Below, piece after piece: positions 53,917 to 64,000 of a stretch of DNA of 64,000 nt. This DNA comes from Nitrospirota bacterium (GTDB lineage: Bacteria; Nitrospirota; Nitrospiria; Nitrospirales; Nitrospiraceae). Location: positions 64,001 through 128,000 of the forward strand of contig CAVPGK010000023.1 in NCBI GenBank assembly GCA_963703955.1. Direction: 5' to 3'. The first letter of the stretch is position 1, and each line of letters begins with the position of its first letter. The notes under the pieces were generated by a model that was given only the letters and a program-made list of their open reading frames with translations, ran no database searches and was not told the origin of the DNA. Made by a program: the position numbers and the translations under genes.

Positions 53917-54387
53917 TTAGGTTGCCGGAATATCCAGTTCCGTAAGGATGTTCGTTTTGATCCGATCGCCGTGTTCCACGACCATACGATCGACCTCTGC
54001 GACAAAGCGGTCGGATTCCACACGGCTGTTTTCCTGTCGGATGTCGGTCGCCAGCGTGAGCGAGAGCTTGAGCGAACAGATCTCCTGAACCAACAGGTCA
54101 CGTGCGCGACTTTCGGAGTCCTCTCGCTCGGTGGCAGGCAGCGCGCGTACGATCGCCTTCAGCCAGACGTCAAACCCGATGCGCTGTTTGATCGACGCCA
54201 CCTGCGCGTCACCGACCTCGACGGCAATCTGCGCGCCCCCTTTCCAGCTTCGCTTCTTGACGTTGAAGATACAAACCTGCTGGGACGGGGGCTCCGTCAT
54301 CGCCTCGGGGCCGTAAAACAGTGTGATCCGATAGAGTGGAAGTTGGGGCGTGGGAATCGACGACATCGTCTCCTCTCGCGGCTGCAT
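53917..54387 (-). CDS. Hypothetical protein
   Basis: 156-aa ORF with globular composition filling the gap between neighbours. Confidence 0.65.
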   Translation of the reverse strand: MQPREETMSSIPTPQLPLYRITLFYGPEAMTEPPSQQVCIFNVKKRSWKGGAQIAVEVGDAQVASIKQRIGFDVWLKAIVRALPATEREDSESRARDLLVQEICSLKLSLTLATDIRQENSRVESDRFVAEVDRMVVEHGDRIKTNILTELDIPAT

Positions 54388-54455
54388 TGTAGCATGCCTC
54401 GCAGCGGCTCGACGCGCATTGACGTCGCGTCTTTCCCACGGCTAAGATACCGCCC

Positions 54456-55660
54456 GTGACGGACACGATGCGCCTCCTAGACCGCGTCGCGGAGATCCAG
54501 CAGGTCTTGCGCGATTCCTTCGACGTGGACGGATGGCTGTTCTATGATTTTCGGGGCAGCGACCCCCTCGCCTATCGCATCCTCCGGATCGACCCGACCC
54601 GCCATGTCACTCGACGCTGGTACTACTGGATCCCTGCGCAGGGGAACCCGGTGAAACTGATGCACCGGATCGAGCCGCACATCCTCGACGAGCTGCCGGG
54701 AGAGACGCTGCTCTATGTCTCCTGGCCTGAGCAGCGGGCCTGTCTGGCGCGCACGCTGACGAATGTCAAGCGGGTCGCGATGCAATATTCCCCGATGAAC
54801 GCCATTCCCTACATCTCGCGGGTGGATGCCGGAACGTTGGAATTGATTCGAAGCCTCTCGGTCGACGTGGTGACCTCGGCGGATCTGGTGCAGCGCTTTG
54901 AAGCGGTGTGGAACGATCATCAGCTCGCGTCGCATCAGGACGCCACCGACAAACTTCGCCGTATCGTGGATGAAGCCTTCGAACATGTCGGACATTCGGT
55001 CATGACCCACCAATCAATGAGTACGGTCTGCAGCAATTCATCCTGTCCCGCATCGCAGATCATGGATTGATCGCATCCACCCCCCCGATCGTCGCCGTCA
55101 ATGCGCACAGCGCCGATCCTCACTACGGACCCGGACCGGAGGGGTCGGCCGAGATCGTGTCGGGAGATCTCCTGCTGATCGATCTATGGGCCAAGCGACT
55201 CGAACCAGGCAGCGTCTACGGAGACATCACCTGGACCGGCTACGTCGGGCATGAGATCCCCCCGCACCATCGCGAGGTCTTTCAGATCGTGCGTGAGGCG
55301 CGCGACGTTGCGCTGGCCTTCGTTCGCACCCATGTCTCCTCGGGACAATTTCCCTGCGGGTGGCAGGTGGACGAGGTCTGCCGCCAGGTGATCAGGCAGG
55401 CCGGCCACGGCGACCGGTTCCTTCATCGCACGGGGCATTCCATCGGTGAAGAAGTGCACGGCAACGGCGCCAACATCGACAATCTGGAGACACGGGACGA
55501 GCGGCGGCTCTTACCGAAGACGTGTTTCTCGATTGAGCCGGGGATCTATCTCACCGGGCAGTTCGGCATTCGAAGCGAATTGGATGTGTACCTCTCGGAG
55601 CGAGAAGCCATGGTCTTCGGCCAGCCCATCCAGACGGACATTGTCCCAATTCTGAAGTAG
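54456..55660 (+). CDS. M24 (Xaa-Pro) metallopeptidase; frameshift near 55012
   Basis: DGWLFYDFRGSD, ADPHY, LIDLWAK, DITW, HRTGHSIG, FSIEPGIY and GIRSE motifs. Confidence 0.9.
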
Positions 55661-55782
55661 ACGCGCCGTACCATGTCAGGGTCGCTACCCGAAAGGGTCC
55701 TTTGTCTGGCTCCCCGCTTCTCACCTTCATTGGCTTGACACCACTGAGTTCAGCCGGATAGTCTGAAGCCACGGAGTCGTCG

Positions 55783-56655
55783 ATGTTTGGCACGCTTGGG
55801 TTTTCGGAATTAATCATCATTCTGGCCATTGTTCTGATTATCTTTGGCGCAGGCCGGCTTCCCCAGATCGGTGAGGGGCTCGGAAAGGCGCTGAAAGGAT
55901 TCAAGAAAGAAGTACACGAGGCGCCTCCCCCTCTCGATCCGCAGGCAGGCGGCACGACCGGCCCCGTGGCCACGGCATCCCAGCCGATCGAAGATGCCCA
56001 GGTCGTCGCGCGATCTCCTCAGCCTTCGGCGCCCGAGGTCGCCCGTCCCTCGGCGCCTTATCAACCAGGACCCGAATCGACGCCCGGAACAACCGCGGCG
56101 CTCATGGCAGGTGCGGCTCCCCAACACGCGCAGCTTCCTCGACCGCTCTCAGTTCAGCCCGCACCTAGTGCGGCCAGCATACAACCAGCCACGGCCAGGC
56201 AGCCGACACCGCCTCCAGGACAGTCCTCACAGCCGGTGACGATGGAACAGCGGATGTCCCAGCCTCCGCCTGCTCCACCGGGCATTTATCCGGCTTTGCC
56301 TCCCTCCGCCCAAGCCAAAGCGCCGACCAAACGACCGTCGGCTGTGGTGAACAAGGAAGCCGTGGCTCGGGTTCAAGCTCAGCAGGCAGCACTCAAGGCG
56401 AAGGGTGCTCAACAACCACAGACCTCGGGTGCAAACCAACCAGGGCTTTCTCCAAAAGACATGCAAGGTCTGGGAGAAAGTCTCGGCGACGCGCTCCGGA
56501 CCTTTCGCCAGGCGGCTGCCGATGTGCGCAGCTCCATCGATCCGGAGATGCGAACCATCCGGGCTGAGGTGGATGCGGCCCAAAAAGAAATCGAGCAGTC
56601 GGTCGAGGCGGCGAAGCAGATGCCCGTTCAAGAAGACTCTCCCAAATCCTCATAG
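55783..56655 (+). CDS. tatA: TatA/E family subunit with very long C-terminal extension
   Basis: [42 protein letters not shown], a Pro/Gln-rich linker and a second amphipathic helix. Confidence 0.85.
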   Translation: MFGTLGFSELIIILAIVLIIFGAGRLPQIGEGLGKALKGFKKEVHEAPPPLDPQAGGTTGPVATASQPIEDAQVVARSPQPSAPEVARPSAPYQPGPESTPGTTAALMAGAAPQHAQLPRPLSVQPAPSAASIQPATARQPTPPPGQSSQPVTMEQRMSQPPPAPPGIYPALPPSAQAKAPTKRPSAVVNKEAVARVQAQQAALKAKGAQQPQTSGANQPGLSPKDMQGLGESLGDALRTFRQAAADVRSSIDPEMRTIRAEVDAAQKEIEQSVEAAKQMPVQEDSPKSS

Positions 56656-56671
56656 CTCGACCTCAAACCTT

Positions 56672-56978
56672 GCCCGGATTATTCATGAACACCTACTGCG
56701 GCAGCCGATCCTCTCGATCAGCGGGGCCTTTCTCGTTCAGTGGACCGGCCGCCTCACCGTCTCGGCGGCGTCCGCAAACGTGGCGCTCGTTATTCCTCGC
56801 GCCGTGCGCCCTCGACGGACTGCAAGTACGCCTGCGTCGGCGTCACTTGCGAGAAGCCCCGGTGGCCTTCGGTCTCAGCAAGACACCGCCGCCTCACCAC
56901 TCGGCGGCGTCCGCAAACGTGACGCTCGTTATTCCTCGCGTCGCGGACCTCGCGACGGCATTCACGAACAATCCGGGC
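56672..56978 (+). mobile_element. Palindromic MITE-like element, family B (307 bp) with internal direct repeat
   Basis: TIRs GCCCGGATTATTCATGAA...TTCACGAACAATCCGGGC; ~52-bp unit CCGCCTCACC..CTCGGCGGCGTCCGCAAACGTG.CGCTCGTTATTCCTCGCG present twice. Confidence 0.8.
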
Positions 56979-56996
56979 TTGTGCGTCCAAACGCGC

Positions 56997-57764
56997 ATGC
57001 TTTCCCTGGTCCTGCTTCTGCCCTTGTTGGTGGCGGCCTGCACGGCCGCTTCATCGTCTGATGGACCGGAGACCGTGGTATCCCGTCTCGTGTCTCTACT
57101 GAACGATCCTCAGCCTGATATTCGAAGAACGGCGGCCCTCTCCCTGGGAAAGATCGCCCAGCCGGAGTCTGGATCAGCCCTCATGTCGGCGTTGCGCGAT
57201 GCGGACCCACTGGTCCGCCGGTACAGCGCGTGGGCACTGGGTTCTCTCGGAGAACATGCCCCTCACAATGCCGGCAGCGCGCTCGTTCCTTTGCTGGGAG
57301 ATTCATCTCCGGAAGTTGCCATGGCCGCAGCCGAGGCCATCGGAAAGATCGGCGCCTCTCAGCCGGTCGTCGACCTGCTGACCAATGCCTTACGAGATCC
57401 ATCAGTGAACACTCGACGTGCCGCTGTGAAGTCGTTGGCTTGGCTGGAGTCGGCGTCCGCGTACGCCGTCCTCGTTGGGGCGCTGAAAGACCCGGATGAT
57501 CAGGTGCGTCAGGGGGCAGCGGCGGCGCTTGGTGAATTGGGAGATCGACGGGCCCTGGTTGTCATGGAAGACCGACTGCTCCATGATCCTGCGATCGGGG
57601 TCAGAAGCGAGGCGGCCTTCCGGCTTGGAAAGTTGGGCGAACACACCGCAATGGCGGCGCTTCGGGCGGCTGCGAATGGGGATCCAGAGATTAAGGTGAG
57701 AGGATGGGCCGCGTGGGCTATTGAGCAACTGGTGTCAGCTGGCGAACCTGGATCAGGGACTTGA
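56997..57764 (+). CDS. HEAT/PBS-lyase repeat lipoprotein
   Basis: Lipobox LVAAC; repeats L.D....VRR.AA.ALG. Confidence 0.88.
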   Translation: MLSLVLLLPLLVAACTAASSSDGPETVVSRLVSLLNDPQPDIRRTAALSLGKIAQPESGSALMSALRDADPLVRRYSAWALGSLGEHAPHNAGSALVPLLGDSSPEVAMAAAEAIGKIGASQPVVDLLTNALRDPSVNTRRAAVKSLAWLESASAYAVLVGALKDPDDQVRQGAAAALGELGDRRALVVMEDRLLHDPAIGVRSEAAFRLGKLGEHTAMAALRAAANGDPEIKVRGWAAWAIEQLVSAGEPGSGT

Positions 57765-58248
57765 CCAGTTCCATCACGTTGTCACGCGCCTGTTGAGGAA
57801 TATCGGTAAACTGCACTCCCATCCCTGGGTACAGAGTGAATCGATCGGGCTTTGGGCGGACCCATGCGACCTTGCATTTGGCGGTGATCGTCTCCAATGG
57901 GCGGTCAGGCAGGGCGAACTCAACCGTGAGATCTGACCCCACAGGAAGCGGCATGCTGCTTTCGATAAAGAGCCCGCCGCCTCCGATTCCGCCCGTCAGC
58001 CCGTCGTAACGCCTGCCCTCGGTCGTGCTATATTTCACCTTGACCGCTAACGGCGCCCGGGGATACGCGCGAACGTGCCTGGGCCCCTGTTGTTCGCCTG
58101 ACGAACGGATCAAATCAATTACCGAATCCCAACTGACGTTGCCCAGCGGGCGATCATGAGCATCCAGCAGTGTCATGATCTCCTGCTCACAATCGAGCTC
58201 CAACGATTTTCCGCGATGTAGTTCAGAAACGAGAATCGGCAACTTCAT
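57718..58248 (-). CDS. PilZ domain protein
   Basis: RAYPR (RxxxR), GGGGLFI, VEFALP, KVAWV and GMGVQF motifs. Confidence 0.88.
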   Translation of the reverse strand: MKLPILVSELHRGKSLELDCEQEIMTLLDAHDRPLGNVSWDSVIDLIRSSGEQQGPRHVRAYPRAPLAVKVKYSTTEGRRYDGLTGGIGGGGLFIESSMPLPVGSDLTVEFALPDRPLETITAKCKVAWVRPKPDRFTLYPGMGVQFTDIPQQARDNVMELVKSLIQVRQLTPVAQ

Positions 58249-58332
58249 CTGACTCCTTCCGCAGTCACGCCGCTCTCAGAGAACGCCCCAAGGTCATTGC
58301 CCCCGAGGACGGTGGGATTTGGTGCCCCTAGC

Positions 58333-58845
58333 CTATCGACCAGCTCGCCTTATCGAGTTGACAAACTCCACGATCCGTCTGCGTGCTTCCGTGGAGATGT
58401 CGATAAAGCGAACCCCCATTCCAGGCGAAAAGGTGTATTGGTCTGATTTTGGACAGACCCAAGAGACGATCCCTTTCGCTTGCATCCACTCAGAGGGACT
58501 ATCGGGTAGCGCAAATTCCAGTGTCAAATCGGTACCAACCCGAAGTGGGGCGGTGCTTTCAATAAAGAGTCCGCCTCCCCCGATTCCACCGGCCCTGCTT
58601 TCGACACACTTCCCTCCGGACGTGCTGTACCGAACCTTCAACACCAGGGACAGACGGGGTTGATCTCGCGTGTCGGGGAGTTGTTCGGGTTCCTGAGCCA
58701 GGCGTGCCTGTTCAATGATCGTGGCCCAGGTGATCGTCCCAAGCTTCTCACCCTTAAGGCCCCGCACCGTGATCGTTTCCCGTTCACAGTCCAGTTCCAG
58801 GGCTTTTCCCTTGTGCGAGGCCGTGGCGATGACCTGTAGCCTCAT
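58333..58845 (-). CDS. PilZ domain protein (paralogue)
   Basis: RDQPR, GGGGLFI, LEFALP, IVSWV and GMGVRF motifs. Confidence 0.88.
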   Translation of the reverse strand: MRLQVIATASHKGKALELDCERETITVRGLKGEKLGTITWATIIEQARLAQEPEQLPDTRDQPRLSLVLKVRYSTSGGKCVESRAGGIGGGGLFIESTAPLRVGTDLTLEFALPDSPSEWMQAKGIVSWVCPKSDQYTFSPGMGVRFIDISTEARRRIVEFVNSIRRAGR

Positions 58846-59012
58846 CTCAACCTCCAGGCTTTGCTAGGAAAAGTATAGCCGACTGTCTCGGAATGTCGAG
58901 CAAACAGAGGGGGTTTCGGAGCAGTGCGGAGTGAAATCGAGAGAACTGACCCGTGGGAGTGGGCTGATTGTACCGCCCGGCCGAGCAACGCGGCAGGAAA
59001 TCCGCGGGTTCG

Positions 59013-60263
59013 TCAGGCGCTTTTCATTTCCTTGTCTTGCTCAAAGAGCCTGATCGGCTCGCTCTTTCCGGTAATCACTTCTTCGGTGATGACGACTTCT
59101 TTGATCTGCTTCTGCGAGGGTACCTCATACATGATATCCAGCATGACCTCTTCCAGAATCGCCCGAAGCCCACGAGCCCCGGTCTTTTGCGTATAGGCTT
59201 TCCTGGCAATTGCACCCAACGCGCCCTCGGTGAATTTCAATTTCACCTTTTCGAAAGACATGAGCTTCTCGTACTGTTTGGTCAGCGCATTCCGTGGCTC
59301 GGTGAGAATGCGAATCAGCGATTTTTCGTCCAATTCTTCAAGCGTCGCGACAACCGGGAGCCGGCCAACGAATTCCGGGATCAGACCGAATTTCAGCAGA
59401 TCCTCGGGCTGGATCTGTGCCAACAGCTCACCAAGTCGCCGATCGTTCTTGCCACGCACGTCGGCACCAAATCCGATCGCTTTCTGGTTCAGCCGCTGTT
59501 CAATGATTGACTCCAACCCGACAAAGGCTCCCCCGCAAACAAACAGGATGTTGCTCGTATCGACCTGGATAAATTCCTGATGGGGATGCTTACGGCCGCC
59601 CTGCGGCGGGACATTGGCGACGGTACCTTCAATCAATTTGAGCAGCGCCTGCTGTACCCCTTCCCCGGACACATCACGCGTGATGGAAGGGCTGTCGCTC
59701 TTCCGGCTGATCTTGTCGATCTCATCGATGTAGACGATGCCGCGCTCGGCCCGCTCAACGTCGTAATCGGATGCCTGAAGCAGCTTGAGAATGATGTTTT
59801 CCACATCCTCGCCGACGTACCCCGCCTCGGTCAGAGTCGTCGCATCCGCGAGCGTGAACGGTACATCGAGATAGCGCGCCAGGGTTTGCGCTAAGAGGGT
59901 CTTGCCAGTGCCGGTCGGCCCGACCACCAGAATGTTGCCCTTGTGAAGCTCGATATCGTCCACCTCATTGGCCGAAATGCGTTTATAGTGATTGTGCACC
60001 GCGACCGACAGGATTTTCTTGGCCCGATCCTGACCGATCACGTACTGGTCCAAATGGTGTTTGATCTCGGCTGGCTTACGGAGCTTGGAGGAAATCTCCT
60101 CCTTGGCTTCTTCCCAATCTTCCGCGATGATGTCATTACACAGATTGACACATTCATCGCAAATGTAGACCGTGGGACCAGCGATCAGCTTCCGGACCTC
60201 ATCGCGACTCTTTCCGCAAAAGGAACATCGCAAGTGGCGGTCCATCTTGTCCTGTTTGGGCAT
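59013..60263 (-). CDS. clpX: ATP-dependent Clp protease ATP-binding subunit
   Basis: CSFCGK..ICDEC zinc finger, [31 protein letters not shown] loop. Confidence 0.98.
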   Translation of the reverse strand: MPKQDKMDRHLRCSFCGKSRDEVRKLIAGPTVYICDECVNLCNDIIAEDWEEAKEEISSKLRKPAEIKHHLDQYVIGQDRAKKILSVAVHNHYKRISANEVDDIELHKGNILVVGPTGTGKTLLAQTLARYLDVPFTLADATTLTEAGYVGEDVENIILKLLQASDYDVERAERGIVYIDEIDKISRKSDSPSITRDVSGEGVQQALLKLIEGTVANVPPQGGRKHPHQEFIQVDTSNILFVCGGAFVGLESIIEQRLNQKAIGFGADVRGKNDRRLGELLAQIQPEDLLKFGLIPEFVGRLPVVATLEELDEKSLIRILTEPRNALTKQYEKLMSFEKVKLKFTEGALGAIARKAYTQKTGARGLRAILEEVMLDIMYEVPSQKQIKEVVITEEVITGKSEPIRLFEQDKEMKSA

Positions 60264-60273
60264 GTCGCCTCCC

Positions 60274-60930
60274 CTAAAACTCCTTCTTTTCCTTCCCGTC
60301 CTTCAGGTGATCCTTCGAGCCTTGCTCTTTGATCAGGTCCTTCACGGCCTTGGGTGGGCGGGTAATGACCTCATCGATCAGCCCGTACTTCTTGGCTTCC
60401 TCACCTGACATGAAATAGTCCCGCTCCGTGTCGGCCGCGATCTTGTCAAGCAGCTGGCCCGTATGCTTGGCAAGGATCTCGTTGAGCCGTTCCCTGATTT
60501 TCAGGATCTCCCGAGCATGAATATCGATCTCGGTCGCCTGTCCCTGGAACCCGCCCATCGGTTGATGAATCATGATGCGGGCATTCGGCAGGGCGAACCG
60601 CTTGCCCTTGGTGCCGGCAGCCAGCAAGAGCGCTCCCATGCTCGCTGCTTGACCGAGACAGATGGTATTGATCGCGGGTTTCACGTACTGCATCGTGTCG
60701 TAAATACCAAGCCCGGCAGTGACGCTCCCGCCTGGGGAGTTGATATAGAGGTTGACATCCTTCTCAGGATCTTCCGCCTCCAGGAAGAGAAGTTGGGCAA
60801 TGATCAAATTGGCGAACACGTCGTCAACCGGCGCCCCCAAGAAAATGATCCGGTCTTTGAGCAGACGCGAGTAGATATCGTAAGCGCGTTCGCCGCGGTT
60901 TGTCTGCTCGATAACAATCGGCACTAGCAT
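60274..60930 (-). CDS. clpP: ATP-dependent Clp protease proteolytic subunit
   Basis: [24 protein letters not shown] and IMIHQP motifs. Confidence 0.98.
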   Translation of the reverse strand: MLVPIVIEQTNRGERAYDIYSRLLKDRIIFLGAPVDDVFANLIIAQLLFLEAEDPEKDVNLYINSPGGSVTAGLGIYDTMQYVKPAINTICLGQAASMGALLLAAGTKGKRFALPNARIMIHQPMGGFQGQATEIDIHAREILKIRERLNEILAKHTGQLLDKIAADTERDYFMSGEEAKKYGLIDEVITRPPKAVKDLIKEQGSKDHLKDGKEKKEF

Positions 60931-61035
60931 GAGAATCTGTCCTTTCTCTTCAGAACCCTCCAGTGGCTCATCTTACCACATTTTGTTTACATTACTGCCT
61001 CAACCTGGCTCATCCGTCATGATCTCTTCCTCGCG

Positions 61036-61123
61036 AGGGAGTGGCGGTGGTGCTGCCATTGCGGCCATCGAGCGAGCACATTCTGATGATCGCGCGCTCT
61101 GGAGCACAGGGCTGCTACTCCCT
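61036..61123 (-). repeat. Palindromic repeat family C (copy 2), between tig and clpP
   Basis: Ends AGGGAGTGGCGG...CTGCTACTCCCT; minus strand carries TCAGAATGTGCTCG...GCAAT as at 42484-42575. Confidence 0.65.
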
Positions 61124-61131
61124 GCATCCCG

Positions 61132-62448
61132 TCATCCTTGAATCACCGCATGCCGGTACACAAATTCCAGTGATTTATCGGCCAAAATCCGGCCCTTGAG
61201 CTCCTCAGCCATTTCTTCACCGCCGGCCTGGAACATGCGCCGAACCTCTTCCGGGGACATTTTCAAGCCCGAGGCCAACCGGCTTAGTTCCGCCGAAATG
61301 TCCTCCTCCTCCACGCGAAGACCTTCTTTCTCGGCGATCGCCTCGAGGATCAAGCCGGCCTTCACGCGACGTTTGGCCTCTGGGAGAAACTCGTCCCGAA
61401 GCTTTTTGATCTCCTCTTGGCGCTTCAGAGGGTCCTCATGATCTGATTTCTTGCGGCGTCGCGAATCGAGGTTCTGCTGAATCATCGCCGAGAGTTCCCG
61501 CTCGACGAGGGTCTCAGGGGTATCGAAGTGGTGAGTCTCGATAAGGCGCTTCAGGATGCCGTCTTTATACGTTTCGTCGATGTCCCTCTTCAGCGCTTTC
61601 TCCATTTCACCCCGCACCTTGTCTTTGAGTTCGTCCAATGAACCGTACGGGCCGCAGTCCTTGGCGAATTCATCGTCGAGCGGCGGCAATTTCTTCTGCT
61701 TGACGCCACCAATCTTGATTCGGAAGACGACAGTCTTCCCCGCCAAACGCGCGTCGGGATGGGTTGCCGGGTACGGCTGAGAAATCTCGATCATCTCGCC
61801 TTCCTTCTTTCCAGTCAGCCGGTCATCGACCTCGACCCCAAGTACAGGCGTCTTGGAGCCTACCTGGTGCAGATGTCCCGATTTTTTGGCGCCCTCCAGC
61901 GGAGCCACATCGAGAAATCCTTCCACATCCAACATGGCATAATCGCCTTCGGCAAGCGCAGTGCCGGTAGGCGCGGGGTGGAGCTGCGCCTGCTGCTCGC
62001 GGAGAGCGTCGAGCGCCTTGGTCACTTGCTCCTCTGTGACCGTTCGCTTGTCCGGCTTGAGAGAAATCGGGTTTGGAGCCTTGTAGTCCCGAAGGTCGAT
62101 CTTGGGTTTGATCTCGACCGTGGCGGTGAAGGAGAACGCGGCATTTTTCTTGATCTTGACCCGTTCCAGGGGCGGCACCTGTACCAGCACTGGCACAATG
62201 CCGGCCTCACGAACGGCACGGTTGTAATAGTCGGGCACCAGTTTGCGTACGACATCATCTTCGACGACCTTCGCGTAGCGCTTTTCCAAGAGCGCCAGTG
62301 GTGCTTTGCCGGGTCGAAACCCGGGAATCTGAACCTGCCGGTTGAGTTCCGCATAGGCCTCGGCAAATTGACGATTGACCTCGTCCTCCGGAATCTCAAT
62401 CTTCAGCGCGCGCCTGCTTGGACCAAGTTCAGTGACTTCCAGTTTCAT
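61132..62448 (-). CDS. tig: Trigger factor
   Basis: IPGFRPGKAP ribosome-binding motif and LDDEFAK; tig-clpP-clpX synteny. Confidence 0.96.
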   Translation of the reverse strand: MKLEVTELGPSRRALKIEIPEDEVNRQFAEAYAELNRQVQIPGFRPGKAPLALLEKRYAKVVEDDVVRKLVPDYYNRAVREAGIVPVLVQVPPLERVKIKKNAAFSFTATVEIKPKIDLRDYKAPNPISLKPDKRTVTEEQVTKALDALREQQAQLHPAPTGTALAEGDYAMLDVEGFLDVAPLEGAKKSGHLHQVGSKTPVLGVEVDDRLTGKKEGEMIEISQPYPATHPDARLAGKTVVFRIKIGGVKQKKLPPLDDEFAKDCGPYGSLDELKDKVRGEMEKALKRDIDETYKDGILKRLIETHHFDTPETLVERELSAMIQQNLDSRRRKKSDHEDPLKRQEEIKKLRDEFLPEAKRRVKAGLILEAIAEKEGLRVEEEDISAELSRLASGLKMSPEEVRRMFQAGGEEMAEELKGRILADKSLEFVYRHAVIQG

Positions 62449-62548
62449 CTTACATTCTCACACTGCCTACCTTGCGCACGGGACAGGTAACGGATCAACC
62501 CGACTGCAGGGGATGCCCTACGTGAATCCTGATAGCGTGTTTGCAGGT

Positions 62549-62631
62549 TGGTGCGAGAGGGGGGACTTGAACCCCCACGGTTTCCCACGAGATCCTAAGT
62601 CTCGCGCGTCTGCCAGTTCCGCCACTCTCGC
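62549..62631 (-). tRNA. tRNA-Leu (TAG)
   Basis: GCGAGAG acceptor stem, anticodon arm CGAGA-CTTAGGA-TCTCG, variable arm, GGTTCAAGTCC, CCA; usual position upstream of tig. Confidence 0.96.
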
Positions 62632-62966
62632 GCTGAAGCCCTGAGTAGACCCGGAACTCTTACGAAGACATTGCGCCGACAGGTAGGTTGTAGTCTGACC
62701 TCCCTCCTCCTGTCAAGGTGAACGATGTCCTTTGCGCCGCAGCCCGGGTCACGAAGAGCCTCATGAGATCTGAGTTGGCTATAGAGATATCGGAGTGGAC
62801 CTCGGTATACTGAATCAAGGGCAGGAAAACCCCGGAGTCGATGCTGGGTCAGCAGGTGTCATGACTCTCCCCAGCGGACGGTCTCGGCGTCTGCTTCAGC
62901 TTCCCATCAGATCCTGCTCGAACTTACTTTTTCGATGAAATCCCGGTGGAAGACGGGAGGTGCGTC

Positions 62967-64000
62967 ATGATGCGGGCAGTCTTAGTCGTCATAGGGGCCA
63001 TCGGCCTGTCGACGTGGTACTTTCCGACAGATCTGAGCTGGAGCTACCGAGAATACTTCACTCCCGAACAAAGGGAGATGTTGGTCAAGGCTCAGGTCGT
63101 ACTCGCCGAGGCTATCGCGATTACCGACAAGGGTACGGTGCCGCCGGATGCTCTCGTCGAGACGGTTTCACGACGTTTGCAGGAGGTGGGTTATACCGTC
63201 GTCACAAATTCGTCACAACCACACGATGTGGCATTCAGAGTCAAATGCGAACAACGGAAGACATGGGAAGGCACCACTCCTTCAGGCGGCGATGCCGATT
63301 TACCCGATTCACCGTCCCGCGTCTGGAAGGGCCCAGCCTGCCAACTGAACTATTTTCTAGGCGGGTCCAAGATCAAATGGCAGAAGGAGGTCAGGACCGA
63401 TTTTCCCGACGCGGTTGAGGCGGCGCAGGCGGCTCATGCGGATGATCCGGGCACGTTTGCCATGACTAAGCTCAACGAAAGGCTCGGGCAATATGACTTC
63501 CCCGTGCTGTTGGCGGCGGAGTGGGGGCAAGTGGACCGGCTTTTGAAAGTATTGGATGCATCCGAAACTCCCCAGGTGCGGAAGCTGAAAGTCATTTCTC
63601 TTCTCGGCGAGATGCAGGCTGACGAAGCTTTTCCCAAGCTCACGGAGGCCCTCAAGGACAAGAACCTCGCCCAACAAGCGGCTGTAGCGCTCGGGAGCAC
63701 GGGTAGAGAGTCGATCCCGATCTTGGTTGACATGCTGAAGAACTCGAAAGACCCGGAGTTGCAAGCGGCCGCCGCCAAGGGATTAGGTCAAGTCGGCGGT
63801 CTGAACGGCGATGCCACCGTCATTCCACCGCTCCTGGATATGCTGTTCAAGCCCGGCATCGATATGGCGGTCCGGACCGAAGTCGTGTGGGCGATCGGCA
63901 AGGTACCGGACAAGAGAGCGATTGAGCCCTTGCACCGGCTTGATCGGGAAATTCAGGCGACCCAGAGCGATGATCCTGCGTTCAAGAAGCTGAAGGAGGC
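62967..64000 (+). CDS. Secreted or membrane-anchored HEAT-repeat protein, partial (runs off window)
   Basis: GGAGG RBS; MMRAVLVVIGAIGL start; open frame with AAVALG, AAAKGLG and VVWAIG repeats; absent from the ORF track because it has no stop in the window. Confidence 0.8.
   Translation, partial: MMRAVLVVIGAIGLSTWYFPTDLSWSYREYFTPEQREMLVKAQVVLAEAIAITDKGTVPPDALVETVSRRLQEVGYTVVTNSSQPHDVAFRVKCEQRKTWEGTTPSGGDADLPDSPSRVWKGPACQLNYFLGGSKIKWQKEVRTDFPDAVEAAQAAHADDPGTFAMTKLNERLGQYDFPVLLAAEWGQVDRLLKVLDASETPQVRKLKVISLLGEMQADEAFPKLTEALKDKNLAQQAAVALGSTGRESIPILVDMLKNSKDPELQAAAAKGLGQVGGLNGDATVIPPLLDMLFKPGIDMAVRTEVVWAIGKVPDKRAIEPLHRLDREIQATQSDDPAFKKLKE

Noticed and set aside
56749..56940. Two ~52-bp direct repeats resembling a mini-CRISPR
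   Set aside because: Only two units, a long intervening segment, no cas genes, and enclosed by terminal inverted repeats; treated as part of MITE family B.

Overview
This GC-rich bacterial chromosomal window is most consistent with a Nitrospira-like (Nitrospirota) genome, an inference from gene content and intergenic repeat style. The left accessory block (1-7.7 kb) holds an S53 peptidase tail, an orphan filamentous-haemagglutinin/TpsA-like exoprotein, a cupredoxin-like lipoprotein, a Sel1-repeat protein, a ModA remnant and a TPR lipoprotein. From 7.8 to 20.2 kb a co-oriented minus-strand run encodes a glucosylglycerate-synthase-like GT2, an MscS-type TM protein, a carbohydrate ABC importer and a CzcCBA-like RND pump. 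Divergent from it (20.7-29.8 kb) are a HAMP kinase and sigma-54 activator, followed by two putative sigma-54 promoters with matching upstream palindromes that precede GT4, two paralogous MFS, a BON protein and CsbD. Together these form a candidate sigma-54-controlled osmotic/general-stress locus. Next come a protease-TPR, an OmpA-like protein, gntK, an ArnC/ArnT-like pair and a variable region ending at tRNA-Leu(GAG). Core genes follow: HAD, queE, pepA, nagZ, transporters, M24 peptidase, a long TatA, PilZ x2, clpX-clpP-tig and tRNA-Leu(TAG). Four families of palindromic MITE/REP-like elements recur, two of them with compensatory base changes between copies. One copy apparently supplies the start codon and most of the signal peptide of an ABC lipoprotein. 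About 13 genes carry small frameshifts, several in homopolymer runs, probably long-read consensus errors. All calls are motif-based readings; no database searches were run.
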